Assembly: GCA_900088475.1 (NCBI GenBank) | Contig: FLMG01000540.1 | Coordinates: 1-64,000, forward strand | Source of the DNA: Hyphochytrium catenoides | Taxonomy: Eukaryota > Protista > Hyphochytriomycota | DNA length: 64,000 bases | Direction of reading: 5' to 3' | Shown: positions 36,683 through 48,890 of the stretch, piece by piece | Numbering within the stretch: the stretch's first letter is position 1 | Layout of the letters: each line of letters starts with the position of its first letter | Notes under the pieces: generated by a model | The model's input: only the letters and a program-made list of their open reading frames with translations | Databases searched by the model: none | Told to the model about the DNA's origin: nothing | Made by a program: the position numbers and the translations under genes

Positions 36683-38110
36683 ATGGGTAAAGGCAGAAGG
36701 CATCGCTTCGCTCTTCAAGGATTCAATAGTTTCTGGGGAGAAACAATCGTCGTAGTAGGAAGCACAGCAGAGCTTGGAAATTGGGATCCTGAGCGCGGGC
36801 TGGAGCTGTGCTGTAAAGATGATGGCAGACAGTGGGAAGGAGACGCCCTAATATCGACCTCTCACTCCTCCTTTGAGTATAAATACGTCGTGATACGCAG
36901 AGTGATGCCCAATGGTGCTCCAAGCACGGTAGTGACTAGCCGCTCGGAAGGGAGGGGGAATAGTGAGTCCTTCCATCAAAAGCACGAGGAAATCAGGCAC
37001 AAACGGAATGGGAGGAAAAGAGAACCAGCAAGGAGAACCAGTTATCATCTCTGGGAACAAGGTCCAAACAGAGTGGCAGAGTCCACAGGAAGCTTGGATG
37101 CAGTCTTCGTACATGGCGATAACTGGAGGGGCCCAAGCACCAGCTGGCCACAGCAAAAGCTCTCGTTCTCTCTGTTAAGACCCTCCGATCTCCATCCACT
37201 AGACAAGCTGAAGGTGGTTGGTAGCATTGGGGAGCTTGGCGACTGGAACCCTGACTATGGGGTGCTCCTCACCCCTGCAGGCAATGGCTACTTGCACTAT
37301 GAGCGGCCAAGAAGGGGAAGAAGTGAGGATATGAAACAAAGTGAAGACTCGAGCCTAGTTCAACGGTTCTCAGGTGATATTTCTTTTCGGGAAGGACCAG
37401 AAGCTGTCGAGTACAAATACGTGGTAGAGCGGTATGACCACTATGAGTGGGAACAGGGCCCTAACAGGGTGATCTCTGCCTTAGACTCTAAAACTTCATT
37501 TGTTGACGACGTGTGGTCGGGCGCCGGCTCAGAGAAAGTGCCTAAGCGCTTGGTGGGTTTCTCAGTAATCAGCTGCCCCAATCAGCATGGAGACTATGTC
37601 TGCGTAGTAGGAAGTGATGAGACTGTAGGGGCCTGGAAATCCGAGAATGGCCTTCGGCTGCATTGTCGGCTGGATGATAGTGGTGAGACCCTGTTTCCCT
37701 TTCGCGCATGGTTATTAGTGGTCCTCCATTTTTATCTCTTTCTGTGTGGTGCCTAAAAGCATGTTGCCCTGTGGACCTCACTCTCATAAGCCCTGGCCTT
37801 GAGTCAAATTTCCTATGGTTTGCCCTTAATTTCTCTAACCCCTGTCTGCGCAGGAGTGGCAGTTTGGGAAGGTGCCGCCTACTTCCGAAGCTCCACCCAG
37901 CAGGTGGAATACAAGTATGTCCTTATGAGGGACGACGAAGGAAAAGTGCCCTATGCAGTTGACTGGGAGAAAGGGTACAATCGGCATGAAGCACTGACTG
38001 GTACCTCAGTCCTGCTGGTGGATCAGTGGAGAAGAGATGATCACGATAAGGGCAAAGCAGATTCCACTAAAACAACGCGTTCCTTTCCCACACCTGCAGC
38101 TCCAGGATAG
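36683..38110 (+). CDS. Protein composed of three CBM20 (starch-binding) domains with no catalytic domain
   Basis: Three repeats: VVGSTAELGNWDP..FEYKYVV..WEQGPNR, VVGSIGELGDWNP..VEYKYVV..WEQGPNR and VVGSDETVGAWK..VEYKYVL..WEKGYNR. Intron 37683-37853 (phase 1). A possible extra 5' exon lies at 36482-36539. Confidence 0.88.
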
Positions 38111-38490
38111 GCGGGTGAAGGGAAGATAGAGTACTACTGCCAACATGACCATGGCTCATTCTCTTGGAGCTTTCTCTACTTTTGATTGTGACCTCTTTGG
38201 ACTCCTATGTCGACTGAGTGGTCTTTATATAGTTCCTGGCTTCCACTCTTTGTAATGTATTTTTCCTAAGGACTCCGTAGCAAAGCGGTGACCTTCTGCA
38301 CAACCCTATCCCTCCGCAGACAGTTACAGGGACAATGTATTATGAGATTAACCGGTTTTCGGTCCATTGTACCTGCCACCGCTGCCTGCAGCTCTAGCTA
38401 AAGAGACCTGTCAGTCCCTCACAATAACCTCGTTGCACAATCAATTGCACATCTCCCTACGACCTTTCAGAACTCCTACCATACTAGCGC

Positions 38491-41400
38491 TTACATCTCG
38501 CCCCAATCTGCGTCGTCATCACCAAAGTCCAGTTCATCGTCGTTAAGCTCCGCAGCAATCTTCTGAGTCTCCTACATACCAGAGTGATTGACCCAAAGGA
38601 AGAGCAGTGAGTTGTGATGGTGAACATGGGACCCCATAGCAAAAGAGAATAGGAAACACTTGATGATGGTTCAGAAGTTTATGATCGTGGCCCTCAGTCC
38701 TCCTACCTCATCCAGGAAATCGTCTTCAACTGCAGAGACTGCCGTGACAGCGGGAGGCACTGTCGCAAAAGCCGCGGCCTGACGGGGACGAGCACCTGTT
38801 AGCCTTTATAGCGCAAACTATGAGCGAGGATCTCAATAAAAAAGCGGTCATGTGCTGCACGTTTTTTCGTCAGAAACCTAAGTGATGGCCCAATCTTGCT
38901 TACCTGCGCCCTTTGAGCTTCTTCGGCGCGCGCCTGTTCGGCCTTTAATGCCTCCAACCGCACTTGTTCCTCTCGTTCTCGAATCAGCTTCTCTTCTGCC
39001 TCCTTCCGGGCTCTTTGCTCCGCTTCCTGACGCAGTCTCTCTTCCGTGTCTCTCCTCAACTTCTCCTCTGCCTCTCGCCGCAACCTTTCTTGCGCTTCCC
39101 TTCTAGCCTTTTCCTCCTCTTCACGTGCCCTCTCCTCCGCTTCTCGCCTGGCTCTTTCGGCCGCTTGAGCCCGTGCCAGCTCCTCCGCTTCTCTACGCAT
39201 TCTCTCTTCAGATTCTTTTCGCATTCTCTCCTCTGCATCCCTCCGAAGCCTTTCCTCAGCCTCACGCCGAAGGCGCTCCTCCTCTTGTTTCCTAGCTCTC
39301 TCTTCCGCTTCTTGACGAGCACGGGACTCTGCCTCCAGGCGTGCCCGCTCTTCTGCTTCTCTCCTTGCTCTCTCTTCCTCTTTCTTGGCTCTTTCCTCAG
39401 CCTCCCTCCTCGCCTGCGCTTCTGCTTCCCTTCTTGCCTTATCCTCTGCTTCCCTTCGCGCTTTTTCCTCTGCCTCTCTCTGCGCTTTTGCATGGGCTTC
39501 TCTTNNNNNNNNNNNNNNNNNNNNNNNNNNNNNNNNNNNNNNNNNNNNNNNNNNCCTTCTCGCTGTCTCCTCAGCGTCCTTCCTGGTCCGCTCCTCGAGT
39601 AGCTTCTGCTCCCGAACGCTTGTCGCCTCAGAGGCGTCGGCATCGGAAATGTTGGCTCCTGCAGACGTCTGGAGGGATATGGATTAGCAAACTCGGAAAG
39701 GCCATTCAAAGGCTAATCGCCAACAATAGGCACGCATCGAGCTAGGCATAGCCAAGAAGAGCACATCAAGAGCCAGGCATAACAGATTGACTTCTTTCCG
39801 CGACTGTTGGGTTCCCCAGGGCGAGAGAGAAAGAAGAGAAGCTAAACTATTGTAAACTAAGGTAATCCTTCGGGCTGGGAGAGAAACCGCAAACAAGGGG
39901 AAGTAAACTCAAGTTGAGTGTCCTAAGAATGAGCAACTGGGCAACCCTGGTAGATAAGATTCGAAGACTAACCTGCACAGCTGGACTAGATCTCAGTCCT
40001 ATTTTAATGGGAGGGAGAAAAGCCGACAGTAGCATACACAAGGGGATGGAAGAACGCTTGCTAAGCGTGAAACAAGACGGCGATGCATTATCTCTTATCT
40101 AAGAATGAAAGTTACATACCCTCTGCGCCCTGCTTTTTCACTTCCTCTATCATGTTGACGTTCAACGTATCCTTCAGCTGTAGGTAGGCCGTACCGGGAA
40201 TAAAGGATGCTAGCGAAGAAGGAAATGAGTAGGGGTAAGGCAATACGCCAACATTCAAAAGAACATATCTTGAGAACTAAGAACGAGCAGCAGTCAATCC
40301 AACCAATGCTCTCTGTACGTCCCTTAATGATTTCTATACTTACCGCGCATTTTCTTGACAGTTTCCTCAGCCCTCAGCGCAAACTGCAAGTCTGGAAACA
40401 TATCCGGTTGGCTCTTAGGGTCCGCAAGAGCTGCTGCCAAGCGGGTGCTAATCTTCGCCTAGTGATGGAGTCACCGGTGCCGTGAAGCACAAAAGCAGAA
40501 ACACATCCCCAGTTAGCAGATCTACGTAGATTCACATAAAAACCCCTCGTGCTTTCCACAGAAAGCCCCTGATGCGGCTTACCACGTCTCTTTTCCATAG
40601 TGCCAGGACCCTGTCAATTTGAGAGGGTGCGTATGTCCTGGCGAAGAAGGCAGCCTCGGGAATGCGACCGGAGTCAATCAAAAGAGAGACACACTCCTCC
40701 AATCGGCCTTGGAGGAAGAGGCAGAGGAAAGCCACGTTGTACTTTTTCTAGAGTAAGACAGCGATGGTTAGATCTTCAAGGACATAAGCAAGGTGTGTCC
40801 AAACTATCGACTAACGAGAACGCAGATTTCACTATAAAGATAGCGCCCTAGGCCCAAGGCAAGCGCCTGAATGCAAAGTCCCTGCTTAGGAGGGTAGCGC
40901 TACGCATACAGATAATCACTAACTCACCTGTTCTGTGGCAAGCTTGTGTAACCTCTCCATGCCTTCCTGATCTCCCTTGCAGCTGTACAATAGGAGCAGA
41001 CCACTAAGGTCATTGGACTTTATCGCACACTCCTCCGCAAGAGATAGGTTACAGGCAGCCAGTGCCAGGTCGCTCAGCTGCTTCCATTTGTGCTGGTAAA
41101 TCAAAAAGAAGATTAGTACGCTGCCAGGCTAGAGGCGTGCTGGCAACTCGTTAGGACACCAGGAAAAGATCAACAGCACGCACGAGAAGTATACAGACAC
41201 CAAAGATGGCTCGGAGGCCAAGGGGCCACCTTCGGAGATCAAGGGACACCTGCCACCACCCTTAGGTAGAAGGAGGGAACAACAGTAACCAAGAGAGCGC
41301 ATGCAGGAATTTCTCGCACCTGTCCGTCCGTGGTATCCGTGTCCCCAATCTCCTTGCTCATAATCTGATGTGCCACATCCAGCCGATTTAACTGTACCGC

Positions 41401-44400
41401 CAGATCAAAGCGTTGATCTGGATCAGTGCTGACAGCTAGCGCCTCCTCCTTATACCCTTGGCTCTCTAGGAACCTGCCAAGTAATCAACTTTCAGTTTCA
41501 TTGACCCGCTGCTGACGCATTCTTCATCTGCATTTCATTGTGGCAAAGCTCAATGACTCGCCTTCGTCTTACCCTATCAACAATGCAGCCGAACTGACTA
41601 TTGCCCATTTGTCCCCTTACTCACCTTGAGATATTGTCCATCTGATCTTTTGGAACATTCTTCAGAATTTCATTCGCCCCGTCAAAATCCCCGCGGACGA
41701 CCGCTGTTTGATACTCGAGCACCGTCATATTCAAGCTAGAAATAGAGTCGTATCAGATGCCGCAGTTACTAGCCATCTCTCTACACAGCTGGGTGGCGGC
41801 ATGTATTTGTCTTGCGTGCGGTCCCTCACACCAAGCACGTTATCTGTCCTATCCACAATCACATTGCAACCTCGTCTAGGCGATTGTCAAATGTGGTCGA
41901 TTGTGCACATTACCTGTAGCTGTACATATTAAGAGATTTGTCAACTAAGTAAACGCGGCTGTCCTTAGCCAAATATCCCAGCATGTACCTGCACCGTCAA
42001 GAATCAATTAAGACAACGTTGTTGGCAGCTGTTCATCAACAACCTCCCATTTTATCCTTACATGGTGTGTGGTAAGTGGCAGACGGTCATCACCTCGCCT
42101 CCGACGTAGTAGTTGAGCCTGCCATTTGAGTTTGTATACACAAAACAGTCACCAACCCACTGGCCTGTGCGGACTTTCTCTGAGATCTCGTGAAGAAGAT
42201 CAAACGACCCTGTGGGGGAAATATTGGAGAGAGAAAGTACTAAGTCCAAAGGAAAGGTGCACAGCCTACTTAAAGATGTAATCGAAGTTGAGGTTTTCAG
42301 GTACTTGGCCTGCCAGTCCTTATAACCATCCAATTTTCAAGCACAACACGTCGTTCACATCTATCGCTTGACTTGAATGCTGCTCTTACCTTCAATGCCC
42401 TCGTCCGGACTCGCGGTCCCATTAGCAAAGGCCGCAGCTGTGACGTCTCTAGCATATCTCAGAACATAAAAGCAGTCATCACAAGCGATGGCGACGAGGT
42501 CTCCAGCGTCACTCCAAAACACATTGCGAGGCAAGACATCAATCTTTCGGACCAAGCGAAGCTCATCCCAGTCATAAAAGACCACACAGTCTGAACCCCG
42601 AACACCGACCAGGTGACCACCGAAAAGACCCTCAGCTGTGCACAGCTGATAATAGCAAACATGAAGAAAGTACGTCAGTTGCCTATCACATAAAGGAGAC
42701 AAAGGTGGCAATAAAGCTCGCGACGCAGCGAGAAGATGCGAGACGACGCCGAAGGCATCCTCATTGCAAGTACTGGCAGTGGGACAGATTTCAGGCGGGC
42801 CAACGAACCTTAGGTTTGTCTGCCTTGTGCTCCTTGAAGTTCTTGAAAACCTTTATTCTGCTAATGGATTCCCGCACCGCATAATCTCCGGTGCCAGTAG
42901 CAGACCATACGAAATCCAGGGCGGAGCCAAAGCTCTTGTTCCTAAGAGCCTGAGATGTATAGATTATGTATTCCCCTAACACAAATAAGCAAAGGCAGAT
43001 ATTGTCAAGCTCATGCTCCAATCAGGTGCCAATGGGAGAGAGCCATGGAGAATACATCCGCTAAGGCAAAAACTAGCTCATCCGAGCTGGAGTGGATGAA
43101 GGCTCAATAGTACAATGACGAATGGCAAAGATGGCCCGAATCTCAAAAACTGTAATAGCATTAAGCACAAGCAAGGGAGCGTTGCGACTTTCGTCCTTTA
43201 GCTCAGCACTGGGACTGGGAATGATGAAAGTTACCATCTCCACAGATAACAACGAGCCTCCCATTGTTGTTATGCTTTAGACTCTGAGGGTAAAGCTCGC
43301 AGTTGCCAAGGTCTTTTGGGGCAACCGGCAGCCTCTCCCCGTCCTGCACCACCACCTCCGATCCCCAGCCTCCCAGCTTCGTGGTCTTGACATCATTGTT
43401 GAGTGCCCAAACCACCTTGCCTGTCTGGTCCATACTAATGACTGGCATCTCCTTCCCTAAGCGAATGACGATGGTACCTAGGTTTAGCGGTATAACGCAA
43501 AATGGTTAGTTCGCTTCCAGGATCCTGGCATGACAACTTGGGCTGCTAGTCAAGCTTTGTCAGAGATAAGCTTTTTTCCCTACTCAGAAGATTTCATATA
43601 TGCCAAACACAAGTGATCTAAGCGAATGCTTGCTGTGAACGGGATGAGAAGTGGCAGAGTGGAGCTTGGTGTTTGGGGACTGGCGTTACCTTCGTCGTAA
43701 CCGATGGCCACTTTATTATTACCCTTCTGCACGGCAATGCTCCAAGATCTCTCCATGCCATAGTTTAACGTTGTCTCAGCGCGATACGTTGTGCTGTGCC
43801 AGATCCGAACAGTCCCATCCTCGCTGGAGGAAAGGATAATCGGAAGTCTATGTAGAGTAAGAGCTAGCTCAGTCCCACCTGCTAAAAATGGACGTTGCAT
43901 ATTGAACAGCAGATAGCAGGCTCAAGATAGACTCTTCAGTGTACACCGTTGATTAGAATGTGACTAGAACACAGGGACGAAGGTCAGAAGGGAGACGTTT
44001 TCCAAGCAGCGATTTACCTAGGATGGAACGCAACGCAGTTAATGTTGTGCGTGTGTCCGTCCAGAGTCTGGACACAGGCCTTCGTTTGATAGTCCCAAAT
44101 CTTTACCATGCGATCGTCGGCACCAGTGATAAGGTAAGGCCGGTCTCCGCCCGGGTAGTAGTCAACACAGTTAACCCCACGCTCATGTCCCTGAGGATCT
44201 TAGAGATGAGCCACAGGGGAAACGACACACACGCGTGTCATCTCTCAATTCACGTACCTCCAAGGAGAAATGCGGATGGTTTGCTGTTAGACCCCATACT
44301 TTGACAGTTTTGTCCAGGGATGCCGTGGCGAAGGTGTTTGTGTCCTTGGGGTTGAACCTCGCCATCATCACAAAGTTGGTATGCCCCTCGAATGTCATGA

Positions 44401-45222
44401 CACATTGCCAGTTTTTCTCCCAGTCCCAAGCTTTGATCTATTCAAAAATAAGTGCAGTTCAGCACACACCATACGTGGCACATCCGCATAAGTAAACCAG
44501 TCAACAGTAGAACAGAGCTGGGAAACTTGTGAGTAAGGGTCCCTGACGGACGGCCCGACCTGACTGTCATCAGAGGTTGTCAACACCAATGGCTTGATAG
44601 GATGGACCTCCACGTAACGGATGTAATCAGTGTGCGCCTCAACTTGATGAACCTGAGCATGCCCAGCCCCTTGTCAGCACTTATGAGGTCAAGCAGCATA
44701 TAGAATGCATGTCAGACCTTCTCCATCGTGTTATAGTTGTACACACGCATCATCATGTCGTCGGATATTGCCACCACCCATTGCTTCCGCTCAATGAACT
44801 TGCCACAGCGCACCGGCAGATCTGTCGTCTCAAATGACTTGAGGAGCTACAAAGGATTGCAAGTAAGTCATAGCGGTCTGAACGAACGATATGAGGTAAT
44901 CTAACAAGGATGATATAGACACTACCTGCTGGGTTTCATAGTTCCAAATCATCAAATTCCCATTATAGAGAGCCGAAAGGACCCATGGCTCCGAGTCATG
45001 GAGGTCCACACTCTTCACACGATCCGAGCGGGATGTGAGCTTCTTCTATAGGTGGTCAAAAAGGGGCATGTTAGTATATAATAGGCGAGCTGAAGTACGC
45101 CTGAAAATTACCTTGATTTCCAGGCGCAGAGGCTTCACATTACCGTCGGACAATATGAGAGGTCCCAAGTCGATTAGCATGTCGTTAATGGCAAGCTAAG
45201 GGGAAATTATGGTACTTACCAT
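38491..45222 (-). CDS. COPB2: Coatomer subunit beta' (Sec27) with an extended charged C-terminal tail
   Basis: M|PLRLEIK|[16 protein letters not shown]...[97 protein letters not shown] and [16 protein letters not shown]. The ER/K-rich exon at about 39660-38905 spans an N gap. Confidence 0.96.
39505..39554. other. Assembly gap (N run) inside the repetitive COPB2 tail exon
   Basis: 50 N. Confidence 0.99.
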
Positions 45223-46393
45223 ACTCACTCAGAAAACGACAGACTCCTCAGAGATTACCAATCTATTGCTGTCGAAGAAGACAGTGATGTATGCAAAGTG
45301 GCAAGCCCACAACCGCCGCTTGTAGACTTACTCCAACGTTTACAGATCCCTGCGGTTGAGCAACTGGTGCCAATTGTCTTCAATCCATCGGCCCGGCCCG
45401 CTGACTCCACATCGAGTTCACGGATCTCCGTCTGGCAGCTTTTTCCAGATTTCTATCCCCAGAGATTGTAAAGCTCTCTGTCTCTAGACAGGATACCTCC
45501 GTCTCCCTGTATTATTACTACGAATGACTGTGGTAGCTACCTGGAGCCAATTCATAATGAGACTTATTACTATCGCTCTCACTCCAAGGGGTTGTCAGAA
45601 GGCTCTGGGCATGGCCGTTAGCGGTTAATATGTTTCGCTTGAAAGATACAGTGAAAGGTTTCAAAAGGAGCAGCGTTTTGAAGCTTTCCTGGTGCGTTAC
45701 AGATTCTAGAGCGCCATAAAGGAGAAGAATGCAAGAGCTTGGCTGGCGAGAGCGCTGTGTTTAGTGGCTGGGGAAAGGCTTCAGATGAGATCAAGGGAGA
45801 AGAAGGCAAGGAGAGAGAGGCAAAGAGCCAAAAGCAAGCAGCAGACCGAGCAAGAGTTCTAGAGGAGGAACGAAGGGATGAGCGTTGAAGGTAATATTGA
45901 AGGAGAAAAGGAAGATGGCAAAATGGAGGAAGGAAGTCAATGATAAGAGTGTCAGACGAAGGCAGATAAGTGATAGGAAGAGGTATGGATCGAGCCAGAA
46001 TGGGAAGAAAGTGAGTGACTGCACGAGAAAGAGAACGAGAGGATAGCAAAGCTAATAACGAAAGAATGGAGTGAGGCAAAGTTGATAAAGAGGAGGCCAC
46101 AATATTCTATGAATGCCGGAGCTGATATAGCACCTGCTTTCTTTGGATCTGGAACCAGCTCATCGAGAAACCAGGCACGGCGATAATCGCTGTGCTCGGT
46201 AAACAAGTACAACTTGCTCAACTCTATTTGTCAGAACGCTTATGGGTGATGTTGGCTTGAAAGGAGCAGATATGCGGCCCAGCTACTCGACCAGAGTTCA
46301 CCTGGCAGCTTTCCGTCACAGTTTTTGAGAATCCTCAGTTCAACCCGCCATTGTGTTCTTCGTAGGCCCTAGCTTGTCACTGCAGTGGACGTA

Positions 46394-48774
46394 ATGGCCT
46401 CATCAACTCCAAAGGCCGCGGTAGCGACTAGGACGGGACATGCAAAGCTTGACTTTGCACCGATGCAGAACATTGCTGACAAGTTTGACCTTGTCGGAGT
46501 TGATGTTGCTTTGCTGGGCTCGAAGGAGAGTGAAAAGAACCGAGTGTCAAAAAAAGTACTAGTAAAGAGCGCCAGGAGTCAGAACGCTGCCCTCCAACAG
46601 CTGATCTCTGTAAGTAGTCATGTTTCCTTTTATCAACTGGCAGTCCCTTGGCCGGCCTGACAGATGAGTCTGTCTGCTATTACCGCATGATGAAGGAATT
46701 CGAATATTTCCGAAGCAACTTCCCCTTCGAGCTCATTGGAGAACTTCAGCGATCACTCGATATTGCTCAACAGAAGCTAGCGGAGACTTCATCAACGATC
46801 ATTGAACTAAATAAGCTGGTTGAGGTGAGGGCAGATTGTAGGCGATCGCCAGATACCTGGAGGAACAGAATTGCACCATCGCCTGCTCATTGATCAGTGA
46901 AACCTTGCATTGACACGTATTCTTTCCAACAGAGCCAACAGCTGGAAATAATGCAGCTAAAGTCCAGACAGGAAGAAATGGCCCTGCAGATGGCTGTCGA
47001 GATGAAAGCAGCAGATCAAAAGTTTGTCACCTTAGATAACAGGATGGAGAAAGCGGAAAGCCGCGTGACCGCACTGGAGACTAAGGACATTGTCCTCGAA
47101 GCAGACCACGTCATGGTCAATGCTGAAGCCAATCTGGAAGTCTTCCTTACGAAGCTTGTTGATAATGTAAAAGAGGTTGGAGACGTCGTGGAAGTTCAGA
47201 AAAGAACCTTAATTCGGCATGGAGAAGACCTACAGAAAAAAGCTGAGATAGAACTAGTCGCTCAACAAGGCGCAGTGCTGGCCAACCTCGCCTCGACAGT
47301 GGAGAAGAATCACAATGACACTCATCAAGCCATCAATGATAACCACCAGAGAACAACGAAGCGTCTAGATGACATTTCTCTCACAATAGCAGGTGTACAG
47401 GATGAACTGAAGCTGAAAGTAGACAAGACGACCATGCATGAGCTGATAGATTCCAAATACGAGGAGATTATTGAGCAGCTGCAAAGCGCTCTGGAATCTG
47501 CTACGGATGATGATGCAGAGTTCAATCGCATATCCGGACAGCTCCATGAAGTGGTGCGGGAGCTTTGTGAGGGCAAGGCAGACCGTGCCGAACTGCAGGA
47601 AATCAAGGAGAAGATGATGTTTGACATACGGATCAGAGATCAGCTAGAGAACATCAAGCAGGTAGCTGCAGGCTTCTTCCTTTATCTGAACATCTTTGAT
47701 CATTCGCTCACTCATCATTAGTTGCCTGTTTTAAAGCTATCCTATTACTTCTGTGACTCATTATTTCTTCCAGTCGTCTCCATTCTCAACTTCATTGACC
47801 TCTCATGGTGATTGTTCACCGAGTTGTGGGACATCGTTTGTCAGCTCTTACCGTTCGTCATTTATACTCACACATTACTTAGTTCCTAGACATGAAGATC
47901 AATCGCGATGAGGCGATGACTGTGCTGAAAGCAGACAGGGAAAAACTGTCAACTATGGTGAGCGATCTTTCCAAGAACATGACAGTGAATATGAAGAAGG
48001 TACTGGCAGAGGCCATCGTGACAACCGCCACGGCTGCGACTTCCGCGGCCGCCAGCAAGACGTCGAGGTCTAGGACAAAGGTGTCGGACGGAGTTTGTCT
48101 GTCCTGCAACCAGAAAATCAACCCACCAGCTACTTCTAATGAGAAAAAGGTAAATGCGTCCGCCCATTGGGCCAAGATCGCTCGTTCTATCATACGGGCT
48201 TGTCCTGGCAGTTGTATGACCATTCCTCATCTTTCAAGCTTCCCTATATGATGCCGTAGTTCTCAACATGTTGTGTCCTTTCTAACGGTTGTCCGGCATT
48301 ATCTGCTTTTCAGGCAAACGCTCTTCAAGCTTTCGGCCAAGCGATGGGAGGGGGCTTTCAGGTGCCAGGTAATGCCCATATCGGGAAAGGAAGAATGCCT
48401 CTCGCCTCGCCACAAGTGAAGCCCGTAGCACCCTCTGAGCTCTTGCCCAAGATTGGAAAGCCAACTGTCAGCACTCCTGTGCCAGAAAGTTCCAGGTCCG
48501 TTTCACCTTCTGGAGTCACTACTCGTTTGACTTAATAGTCTGTCTATTACATTCCCCAATTTCTCTTTTGTAGAGATGTTTGTCAATGTGTCTTTGCTGG
48601 CGTCGGCACTAAGAATGTCTCCTACTTGCAATAACCTTCCTGCTTCTTATTTGATGTAGTACCCTCGTTGGCATAGATGGAGTAGTATACCAAGGAGAGA
48701 AATCAACCCCAGTATCAAAGTCGCGAAAGCCGTCCCTTTCTAACAATCCAGCTAACCAAGAATCCGCTAGATAG
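46394..48774 (+). CDS. Coiled-coil protein, QRICH2/C16orf96 (DUF4795)-like
   Basis: Long heptad region with KAD/KVD motifs (LKLKVDK, EGKADRAEL), then GVCLSCNQ, MGGGFQ and a terminal LVGIDGVVYQG that resembles the GxDGxxYxG motif of that family. Confidence 0.55.
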
Positions 48775-48890
48775 TCAGCGGAAAGGCTCAGGACCATCCT
48801 TTACGATGATTAACTATTTCAGCAACACTGGCGTTGGCGAAGGCTAGAGGCTCAGCAAAAGCTAAAGACTGAATGGAATAGGGCCTTCTA

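Noticed and set aside
45300-46350. ORFs 45618..46100 and 45952..46221
   Set aside because: Largely low-complexity CT-rich sequence with no domain or coherent exon chain.
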